This document shows positions 49,961 to 64,000 of a stretch of DNA of 64,000 bases, in pieces. The notes under the pieces were generated by a model. It had not been told where the DNA came from. It was given only the letters and a program-made list of their open reading frames with translations, and ran no database searches. The stretch is from positions 156,426,001 to 156,490,000 of the forward strand of contig NC_042999.1 in the NCBI RefSeq assembly GCF_006345805.1, written 5' to 3'. A program made the translations under genes and the position numbers. Position 1 is the first letter of the stretch. Each line of letters opens with the position of its first letter. The DNA is from Octopus sinensis. Its lineage: Eukaryota.

Positions 49961-50225
49961 ATAAGACAGTAAGGTGTGATTTGAGGGAGATTTGGCTGCT
50001 ATTTCTACCATGTCTAGCTGCCATGTAGGGGTCTCCCTCATAGGCTCATACATACATATATACATAGATAAGACAGTAAGGTGTGATTTGGGGGAAAATT
50101 GGCTGCTATTTCTACCAGGTCTAGCTACCATGTAGAGGTCCTCCTCATTGGCTCATATATATATACATACATAAGACAGTAAGGTGTGATTTGAGGGAGA
50201 TTTGGCTGTGTTTCTACCAGGTCTG
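49961..50225 (+). repeat. Three diverged tandem copies of a 55-80 bp unit
   Basis: ATAAGACAGTAAGGTGTGATTTG.GGG..ATTTGGCTG recurs at about 49961, 50069 and 50171. Confidence 0.85.
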
Positions 50226-50586
50226 TTAGGCCTTCTCATGTAAACTCAAGCTTTCTCATGCCTTGAACATAAGACCAAAGCAGAGAATGTATTTTATTCT
50301 TCTGCTTTTTCCAGCCATTGGTCTGTGGCCATGCTGGGGCAATGCCTTGAAGAATTGTAGTTTAATGAATCAACTCCAGTTTTATTTTTGTAAGCATTGT
50401 ACTTATTCTATCTGTTTCCTTTGTGAAACCACTAGGTGACAGGGATGTAAACAAACCAACATTCGTTGTCAAGCAGTGGTGGAGGACAATCACAAGCACA
50501 GACACGCACACACACACACATACATGCATACACATATACACACATACATATACAAACATATATATATATATGTGTGTATATATATA

Positions 50587-50842
50587 TTGCAGCGTGGAAG
50601 GTGTTTGTAAGCCATTTAAGAAACACACAAAAACCGTTACATTCACTTCAACATTTAAATTTCATTTGCCAAAATTTTCGTCGCTTTGAGACCGCGACCT
50701 GTTCACTGACAAAAATATCGTGCTAACAGGTCGCGGTCTCAAAGCGACGAAAATATTTTGACAAATTAAATTTAAATGTTGAAGTGAATCTAACGGTTTT
50801 TGTGTGTTTCTTAAATGGCTTTAAACACCTTCAACGCTGCAA
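50587..50842. repeat. Fold-back of the G3-C8 hammerhead element
   Basis: Arms 50587-50703 and 50725-50842 are reverse complements, with a 21-bp spacer. Confidence 0.9.
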
Positions 50843-51007
50843 CTGTTTTCGTTCCAGCACACGATCTCAGATCAAGTCACTTGCTATGCAAGTACATCTC
50901 TGTAACTATTTATATATTATATATATATATATATAATATGTATATGGTAAAAACAGTAAGATAACAAAAGAAAGAAAGAGACCTCAATATTATGTAAATA
51001 GAGGAAA

Positions 51008-51402
51008 TCTTATATATAAAAGTGAGGTTGTGTGTCTGTCTCCTACGATTTAGATTCCTAACTACTCCCACATTTTGCGGTGCAGTTTAACCAAAACCGG
51101 GTATCTTATAGTCGTGATTCATATCGAGACCGTCTGGGTATTAGCGCGCGTCTACGATGAGTCTACGATTTAAAAAAAAATTACCATCAATTTTTCCCAT
51201 TTTTAATCCATTTTTGACATATATAAGGGAAGAGTAACTCTCTAAAATTTATTATTAAATCTCAGAACGTAAAAAGCTACAGTAAACACCCTCCCCCTTT
51301 GTGGTTAGCCATATTGAGATGGCTATTATACTTTACATCTCTAAAAATGGTTATATAATTATTTCCCTTACAAACCCGAGCAACGCCGGGCGATACTGCT
51401 AG
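51008..51402 (+). mobile_element. Non-autonomous Helitron, immediately followed by a second Helitron-like 5' end (51403 onward)
   Basis: A|TC start and GAGCAACGCCGGGCGATACTG-CTAG|T end. The next element starts TCTTATTATAAAAGGCAG, also seen at 49454 and about 56457. Confidence 0.78.
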
Positions 51403-51916
51403 TCTTATTATAAAAGGCAGATTTTATCTGCCTCCCTTTGTATCTTATAGAAATCTACAATATAGGATTTCTTCAATTACAATTACCTAGCATTTTTAAG
51501 AGTAGAATGCATCGGGTCATGCCAGGTCCAGTTTTTAAAATTTAAACTCCAATTAAGCAAAATTACAGAAAACTCACATTCTGGTGTGTATGTCAAATGC
51601 TTTTCTTAGTCTGGTTTACAGCACACGCAAACGCACACACACAGTGTGCTACGAATAAAGTGAAAGTAATTCAGTGTGTTGACAGGTAGACAATAGAATG
51701 CGGTGACGATGGCGATGTAATATTTGTTTCTGTCTATGACGCTGATAGATACATGAGTAAAATGTATGGGAAGCTAATAGATAAGAGTGAGTGAAAATGT
51801 TCTTGGAAGAGAGTAAATAGCGAGAGAGAGTGATTTGAGGAAGACTTTACATTAAATAACCGTAGTGGCTTGTGTTAGTAATAAAGTAAACATACACTCA
51901 TACATACATACATACA

Positions 51917-51948
<32 letters not shown>

Positions 51949-52037
51949 CACACACACATACACACACACATACATACATACACACACACATACATACATA
52001 CACACATACATACATACATACATATACATACATACAT

Positions 52038-52074
<37 letters not shown>

Positions 52075-52293
52075 GTATTGAAGCTTGAGAACAATCAGAT
52101 ACATTTGCAACACATCTGTTGAAAATATTATTGTTCACACACATACATATACATATATACATACAGACAGACAGACAGATAGACACACACACACACACAC
52201 ACATGATCCAGCATGCCACAACCTCAAGCTGAAACATATAAAAGAATAACAGAATATAATGTGTGCATGTGTGTGAGAGAGAGAGTGTGTGTG

Positions 52294-52325
<32 letters not shown>

Positions 52326-52399
52326 TGTATATATATATAATAATGCGGTTTTTTCAACAGCTTGAACTAAAAGTCAGAGGGGAATGGGATAAACTACTT

Positions 52400-52940
52400 A
52401 TATTAACTTGCTATAAAAGCAGGTAGTAATTTTATCTTGTCCTTATTCATAGTGCAAGTTTTGAAGAGTGCATTTCGATTTTAACAGCTATTTGTTTCAA
52501 AGCTATGTTGGAAGTAACAAAGGAGCATATCTGGCATATTTTACTTTATGAGTTCAATAAAGACAACAACGCAACGGAAAGTACAAGAAATATTAATGCA
52601 GTATATGGGGATTGGACAATAAGCGTAAGGCAGTGTCAATGGTGGTTCCAGAAATTCCGAGCCATAAACTACAGCCTAGAAGACGAGCCTCATCCTGAAA
52701 GATCTGTAGAACTCGACAAGGACATCCTGAAAACCCTGGTGGAACAAAATCTCATCGTAACTGTTGAGGAACTAGCAGAGAAGCTTGGATTTGGTCATTC
52801 AACCATCATTGAGACCTGTGTGCTATCGGAAAAGTCAGGAAATTGGGTCAATGGGTTCCTCACGAACTTTCCGAGTCTAATTGCATGCAGAGAGTGAATG
52901 TATGCTTTTCTTTGCTGTCACATCTCACCACTACTGCGCT
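52400..52940 (+). mobile_element. Mariner 5' fragment (HTH region), duplicated at about 57510-58045
   Basis: ORF HIWHILLYEFNK...QWWFQKFRA...LEDEP...TVEELAEKLG...QWVPHEL. Confidence 0.85.
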
Positions 52941-53686
52941 ATGTATATCTTATAATATAAAAATGTAGTTGTGTGAGTGTCTGTCCCCTTCGATTTAGAT
53001 TCCTAACTACTCCCACATTTTGCGGTGCAGTTTAACCAAATTCGGGTAGCTTATAGTCGTGATTCATATCGAGTCCGTCTGAGTATTAGCGCGCGTCTAC
53101 GATGAGTCTACGATTTTAAAAATAATTTAACATCATTTTTTATTCCATTTTAATGCATAATTTTTCGTGTGTCGATGGCGGCGGAGTTGGCGTCCACGCT
53201 CATACCTGCACCTGTGGGGAAGGGAGTGTAAGGAAATCAACGTCGTAATGCGTTGTCAAGGAGACCAGCGTTCTTTTAGAACAACGACTATATCTTTTTC
53301 AAGACTTAATTGACAAGTAGAAACCTCTGTTTAAACCAAAAATCACCGATAACTTTTATATATTCATAAGGAGATTTCAAACAATTTATCTATTGCACAA
53401 TCATCATATCACAAAACATATCAATTCTGCTAGAAACAAGCAACGCACAGCATTAAGGTCATTGATAAAATTCGTACATAGATAAGGAGTCGTTAAACAT
53501 CTAGTCTATTGCACAATCACCATATCAAAAGTTACATCAAAACTGCCCAACAAACCCACTTATTTTACACACGTGACTTTCACTAACCAGGGACCATATA
53601 AAATAATAATTTTTTAATGCGAAGAAAACTTTGAAGCAACGACAGTAACATCGAAGTTGTCAACATCAGTGAATGAAGAAAAGATC

Positions 53687-53885
53687 ATGGATCCTGAAGA
53701 AATAAAAAAAGAGATCGAAAGTAATTTTACACAATTCTTCGGCAAAGACGGTAATGCCATGCCAGTTTATAAATATAAAGGCCATAATATACTTTACTTG
53801 GAAATGGCATCATCAGCTTTATCCAAACTAAATACCGTGAAATTTAGACCGGATGATGTTTTGCTTTATACATATCCTGGAACAG
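53687..53885 (+). CDS. SULT-like gene C, coding exon 1 (ends ...FRPDDVLLYTYPGTG)
   Basis: ATG at 53687, 199 nt (identical length to gene A exon 1), GTAAGA donor in phase 1. No further exons were recognised before 64000. Confidence 0.85.
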
Positions 53886-54008
53886 GTAAGATTTCATATT
53901 ATTATTTTCTTAGCTAAACTGTTTGGGTAGAAAACTCATTGAACTGGCTACTCTAAGGATATAACTCGTGTACATGTAAATGTCATGTCCCATTTAGTGA
54001 CATTTGTA

Positions 54009-54041
<33 letters not shown>

Positions 54042-54059
54042 TATATATATATATCACGT

Positions 54060-54495
54060 GATCACGTGACCGACCAGACCATCAGATGTTGTTACACATC
54101 GCTTAGCCTGCGGGGTGGCGTCATTCGAATACATGTGTGTATGTATGTATGTATGTATGTATGTATGTATGTATGTATGTATGTATGCATGACGTACATA
54201 CGCCTGTGCATGCATGTATGCATGTATGTATGTATGTATGTATGTATATATGTATGTGTGTGTACATGCACGCACATACACACTATAACTGAATGACGCC
54301 ACCCCGCAGGCTAAGCGAGCAGAAGAAAGAGTGGTGAAAGAGTACAGCAGGGATCACCCTCCCCCCTTGCCGGAGCCTCGTGGAGCTTTTAGGTGTTTTC
54401 GCTCAATAAACACTCACAACGCCCGGTCTGGAAATCGAAACCGCAATCCTATGACCGCGAGTCCGCTGCCCTAACCACTAGGCCATTGCGCCTCC
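54060..54495 (-). mobile_element. tRNA-derived SINE with an internal templated insertion
   Basis: Same variant as 6828-7113, but interrupted at 54100-54290. Confidence 0.85.
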
Positions 54496-54561
54496 ATATT
54501 ATATATTTATATATATATATTATATATATATATATATATATAATATATATATATATATTAT

Positions 54562-54592
<31 letters not shown>

Positions 54593-54625
54593 TATATATT
54601 ATATAATATATATATATATATATAT

Positions 54626-54671
<46 letters not shown>

Positions 54672-54761
54672 GTAGTATGTATGTATGTATTACGGAGATG
54701 TACTCGCATAGCAAGTAATTTAATCTGAGATCGTGTGCTGAAACGAAAACAATTGCAGCGT

Positions 54762-56402
54762 GGAAGGTGTTTATAAGCCATTTAAGAAACACACAAAAGC
54801 CGTTCGATTCACTTCAACATTTAAGTTTAATTTGGATCAATATTTTCGTCGCTAAAATCCGCGACCTGTTCACTGACAAAAATCCGTGCTGCATCTGAGA
54901 AAGTAACAGTTAGTTCGTCATATAATGTACGTATGTATGTGTGTATGTATGTATACATGTGTGTATGTATGTATGTATGTATGCATGTACGTACATACGC
55001 CTGTGTATGCATGTATGTTTGTATGTATGTATGTATGTATGTATGTATGTATGTATATATGCATGTGTGTGTATATGCACGCACATACACACTATAAACA
55101 TAAAGCTATAAAGCTGTAGCGATGGTTAGATGTAGAGTGACCACTCATCACAATAATATCAAATTTCAACTCCCCCCCACCGAAGCCAGGAAGTGATTTA
55201 TGACCCTTACTCCCAAAATTATACCCTAAAACCTATTATCAGATATTTATCTCTATATCACAGAATTTCTGTTTTACTATTGTGCGTATGTATGTATGTA
55301 TGTATGTACGTATGTATGTATGTATGTATGTATGTTATGTATGTATGTACATACGTACGCAGGTGCGTATGTATGTATACGCGCATGTATGCATGTGCCC
55401 ATGTATGTGTGTGCGTATGTACGTGTGTATGCCCATACGTATGTATGTACTCATGTGCTACGTATGTATGTGAGTGTCTAGGAGAATGGGCAGACGTGTA
55501 TGTGAGAGTGTGTACATGTGTATGTGTATGTGTACGTATGCCCATTCTCCTAGACACTCACATACATACGTAGCACATGAGTACATACATACATACCTAC
55601 GTAGGGCATGCACACGTACAACGCACAACACATACATGGGCACATGCATACGTGCGCGTATACATACATACGCACCTGCGTACGTATGTACATACACACA
55701 TACAGACATACATACATACATACATACATACATACATACATACATACATACGCACATACAACATACATAATACACCACAATAGTAAAACAAAAGTTCTGT
55801 GATATAGAGATAAATATCTGATAATAGGTTTTAGGGTATAGTTTTGGGAGTAAGGGTCATAAATCACTTCCTGGCTTCGGCGGGGGGGGGAGTTGAAATT
55901 TGATATTATTGTGATGAGTGGTCACTCTACATCTAACCATCGCTACAGCTTTATAGCTTTATGTTTATAGTGTGTATGTGCGTGCATATACACACACATG
56001 CATATATACATACATACATACATACATACATACATACATACATACATACATACATACATGCATATACAGGCGTATGTACGTACATGCATACATACATACA
56101 TACATGCATACACAGGCGTATGTACATACATACATACATACATGCATACACAGGCGTATGTACGTACATGCATACATACATACATACATACACACATGTA
56201 TACATACATACACACATACATACGTACATATATATGACGAACTAACTGTTACTTTCTCAGATGCAGCTCGGATTTTTGTCAGTGAACAGGTCGCGGATTT
56301 AGCGACGAAAATATTTTGACAAATTAACTTAAATGTTGAAGTTAATCGAACGGCTTTTGTGTGTTCTTAAATGGCTTATAAACACCTTCCACGCTGCAAT
56401 TA
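54762..56402. repeat. About 1.6-kb imperfect palindrome
   Basis: About 54762-55500 mirrors about 55545-56402, including unique sequence (GCGATGGTTAGATGTAGAGTGACCACTC / complement). Centre hairpin GAGTGTCTAGGAGAATGGGCA...TGCCCATTCTCCTAGACACTC. Confidence 0.9.
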
Positions 56403-57120
56403 TATATATATATAATATATATATCTATATATATATATTATATATATATATATGTGTCTTATTATAAAAGGCAGCTTTTTTATCTGCCTCCTTTGGGAGT
56501 TATACAAATCTACAATATAGGATTTTCTTCAATTACATTTACCTTGCATTTTAAGAGTACAAGAATCGCGTCATGCCAGGTCCAGTTTTTAAAAATTTAA
56601 ACTCCAATTAAGCAAAAATTTACAGAAAACTCACATTCTGGGTGTACGTTCAAATGCTTTTCTTAGTCTGGTTTACAGCACACGCAAACGCACACACACA
56701 GTGTGCTACGAATAAAGTGAAAGTAATTCAGTGTGTTGACAGGTAGACAATAGAATGCGGTGACGATGGCGATGTAATATTTGTTTCTGTCTATGACGCT
56801 GATAGATACATGAGTAAAATGTATGGGAAGCTAATAGATAAGAGTGAGTGAAATGTTCTTGGAAGAGAGTAAATAGCGAGAGAGAGTGATTTGAGGAAGA
56901 CTTTACATTAAATAACCGTAGTGGCTTGTGTTAGTAATAAAGTAACATACACTCATACATACAACATACATACATACATACATACATACATCATACATAC
57001 ATATCACACACACATACACACACATACACACACACAATACATACACACATACATACATACATACATACATACATACATACAATACATACATACATTACAT
57101 ATACATACATACACATACAT

Positions 57121-57163
<43 letters not shown>

Positions 57164-57400
57164 CAAACACACACCAGTAGTGAAGCTTGAGAACAATCAG
57201 ATACATTGCAAACACATCTGTTGAAAATATTATTGTTCACCACACATACATATACATATATACATACAGACAGACAGACAGATAGACACCACACAACACA
57301 CACACCACATGATCCAGCATGGCCACACCTCAAGGCTGAAACATATAAAAGAATACAGAATATAAATGTGTGCATGTGTGTGAGAGAGAGAGTGTGTGTG

Positions 57401-57432
<32 letters not shown>

Positions 57433-58389
57433 TGTATGTATATATATATAATAATGCGGTTTTTTCAACAGCTTGAACTAAAAGTCAGAGGGGAATGGAT
57501 AAACTACTTATATTAACTTGCTATAAAAGCAGGTAGTAATTTTATCTTGTCCTTATTCATAGTGCAAGTTTTGAAGAGTGCATTTCGATTTAATAGCTAT
57601 TTGTTTCAAAGCTATGTGGAAGTAACAAAGGAGCATATCTGGCATATTTTACTTTATGAGTTCAATAAAGACAACAACGCAACGGAAAGTACAAGAAAAT
57701 TAATGCAGTATATGGGGATGGACAATAGCGTAAGGCAGTGTCAATGGTGGTTCCAGAAATTCCGAGCCATAAACTACAGCCTAGAAGACGAGCATCATCT
57801 GAAAGATCTGTAGAACTCGACAAGGACATCCTGAAAACCCTGGTGGAACAAAATCTCATCGTAAACTGTTGAGGAACTAGCAGAGAAGCTTGGATTTGGT
57901 CATTCAACCATTCATTGAGACCTGTGTGCTATCGGAAAAGTCAGCAAATTGGGTCAATGGGTTCCTCACGAACTTTCCGAGTCTAATTGCATGCAGAGAG
58001 TGAATGTATGCTTTTTTTGCTGTCACATCTCACCACTACTGCGCTATGTATATCTATATATATAAAAATGTAGTTGTGTGAGTGTCTGTCCCCTTCGATT
58101 TAGATTCCTAACTACTCCCACATTTTGCGGTGCAGTTTAACCAAAATCGGGTAGCTATAGTCGTGATTCATATCGAGTCCGTCTGAGTATTAGCGCGCGT
58201 CTACGATGAGTCTACGATTTTAAAAATAATTTAACATCATTTTTATTCCATTTTAATGCATAATTTTTCGTGTGTCGATGGCGGCGGAGTTGGCGTCCAC
58301 GCTCACCCTGCCCCTGGGGGAAGGGAGTGTAAGAAATCAACGTCGTAATGCGTTGTCAAGGGGACCAGCGTTCTTTTAGAACAACGACT
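55967..58389 (+). repeat. Direct, indel-rich duplicate of 49022-49700 plus 51650-53289
   Basis: Collinear microsatellite, hammerhead element, Helitron 5' end, mariner fragment and Helitron. Differences are mainly homopolymer indels. Confidence 0.9.
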
Positions 58390-58680
58390 TCATGGCTTGA
58401 AGACACCAAAATAGAAATGGCTAAGAAAGCATCTACATGAGTCTACTATTTAAAAAAAATACCATCGTTTTTTTTCCATTTTTAATGCATTTTTTCGCTA
58501 TTATATAAGGGAAGTAACTCTCTAAAAATGTCTACGTTGAGTCAACGATTTAAAAAAAAAATTTACCATCATATTTTTCCATTTTTAATGCATTTTTTGC
58601 TATTTTTTGGCTATAACTCTAAAAAAATGCTTATTAGTTATTTCCTTACAAACCCGAGCAACGCCGGGCGATACTGCTAG
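58053..58680 (+). mobile_element. Complete non-autonomous Helitron (its twin at 52948-53289 is 3'-truncated)
   Basis: TC start and GAGCAACGCCGGGCGATACTG-CTAG|T end. Confidence 0.78.
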
Positions 58681-58857
58681 TATATATCTATATTAGAAGG
58701 TTTGGAGATTGATGTAAAGGTATTATATATTAGAAGAAATAAGGTACTCAGAAATCTGGATGGTTTTATATTTACTGATATTTAGTAATATGTCACATGT
58801 TTTTATAAATCATATATTAGCGCTTGCGTCCACTCTAGTGGAGTCGTCAGATTGAAC

Positions 58858-59141
58858 TTTTTCAGGAATTTTGTCTTTTTCTAGTATTTAGTATTATTGA
58901 GTGTGTAGGGGTGGAGAGAGATATAAGATAGTACAAGAGGGTGATGAATGGGGAGAAAGTGAGAGAGAGTGCTTGTGTGTGTGTGTGCTTTTGTATCTGA
59001 AAGGTGTGTCAATGGAAAAGAGAAGGAAAGGAAGAAGGAAGAGTGAAAGAAGGAAAAATGTGTTGACATGTTTGCAGTTGGTCAGTTCTTTTAATAGGAA
59101 ATGATTCTTGGCTTTTAGAAATAGCAAACCCAGGTGGCCAC
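58858..59141 (-). repeat. Inverted copy of 48691-48982, followed by a second diverged partial copy (about 59280-59448)
   Basis: GTGGCCACCTGGGTTTGCTATTTCTAAAAGCCAAG...CAAAATTCCTGAAAAAG is present in reverse complement. Confidence 0.9.
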
Positions 59142-59198
59142 TTCAAGGAGTAAATGTTATTTTTCAAAAAATTGTCTGGATTTCTTTTTATCATTGTC

Positions 59199-59259
<61 letters not shown>

Positions 59260-59522
59260 TGTATGTGTGTGTGTATATGCGCGTGTGTGTCGGTGTCTGT
59301 GTATCTGAAAGAAGTGTCAATGGAAAAGAGAAGGAAAGAAAGAAGGAAGAGAGAAAGAAGAAAAAATGTGTTGATATCTTTGCAGCTGGTCAGTTCTTTC
59401 AATAGAAAATGATTCTTGGCTTTTAGAAATGGCAAACCCAGGTGGTCACTCCAAGGAGGGTGGGGTGAATGTTAGTTTTCAAAATATTCAGGTTATTACT
59501 ATACAATATTCTCATGGAATAA

Positions 59523-59557
<35 letters not shown>

Positions 59558-59746
59558 ATAATAAATATTAGGGAATAAATCCAAATTTACAAGGAAAAAT
59601 CAGATTTAAGATTGAATCCAATATTATAATAAAATATTATATTATAATAAATTAGACAAAACCACTATTATGCAAATCAAACAAAGAAATTAAGCCATAC
59701 ATAAAATATAAAATAATTTATATAAATTAAAATTTAACAAATGAAT

Positions 59747-59798
59747 AACCACTACGATCGTTCGTGTCAGCACATCTTAGAACATTCTTCAGGTGGTT
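59747..59798 (-). ncRNA. Degenerate minimal hammerhead motif
   Basis: Reverse strand AACCAC-CTGAAGA-ATGT...ACAC-GAA-C-GATC-GT-A-GTGGTT. Perfect 6-bp stem I, but one A of GAAA is missing and G10.1 is A. Confidence 0.5.
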
Positions 59799-59839
59799 TC
59801 TAAACCTTCTTAGCGAGTTATAAACTATGAAGTTTATAT

Positions 59840-63585
<3,746 letters not shown>

Positions 63586-63730
63586 TATAATAAGTATAGG
63601 AAAGAATTGAGCTGAACGAAGATTTAACAAAATTCCTTTATTTTATTTATTTTATTTTTCGACATAAAATTTGAATTATCCGTAATAAATAATTCATTTA
63701 TCTACTTTCAATATATGTTATATATATATA

Positions 63731-63896
<166 letters not shown>

Positions 63897-63897
63897 C

Positions 63898-63928
<31 letters not shown>

Positions 63929-63930
63929 CG

Positions 63931-63996
<66 letters not shown>

Positions 63997-64000
63997 ATAT

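Noticed and set aside
49961-50225. CRISPR-like repeat-spacer array
   Set aside because: Only three diverged, irregular units in a eukaryotic context, with no cas genes.

Overview
Eukaryotic, AT- and microsatellite-rich DNA. It is most likely from an octopus (inferred from the tRNA-derived SINE families and repeat landscape). The host content is a cluster of three intron-containing cytosolic sulfotransferase (SULT)-fold genes. Gene A (minus) has exons 1-3 in the window, gene B (plus) has all 5 coding exons (about 298 aa), and gene C (plus) has exon 1 only. All three lack the PAPS-loop lysine (YPTAG, YPGTG, YPGTG instead of YPKSG), and gene B also lacks the RKGxxG motif, suggesting a family of pseudo-sulfotransferases. 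The rest is nested mobile DNA: a young full-length Ty3/Gypsy (CsRn1-like), a degenerate Gypsy, an L1/Tx1 LINE, R4/Dong LINE remnants, three mariners, two pogo-like elements, non-autonomous Helitrons, many SINEs and three Penelope-like elements (PLEs). The signal missing from the ORF track is about 12 type I hammerhead-ribozyme motifs (folded by eye) from at least 6 sequence families. They include natural U3-A8 and G3-C8 covariants of the core, sit in or next to TA-rich microsatellites, and are repeatedly tied to fold-back (inverted) duplications. Many homopolymer indels suggest that some frameshifts and duplications are assembly artefacts.
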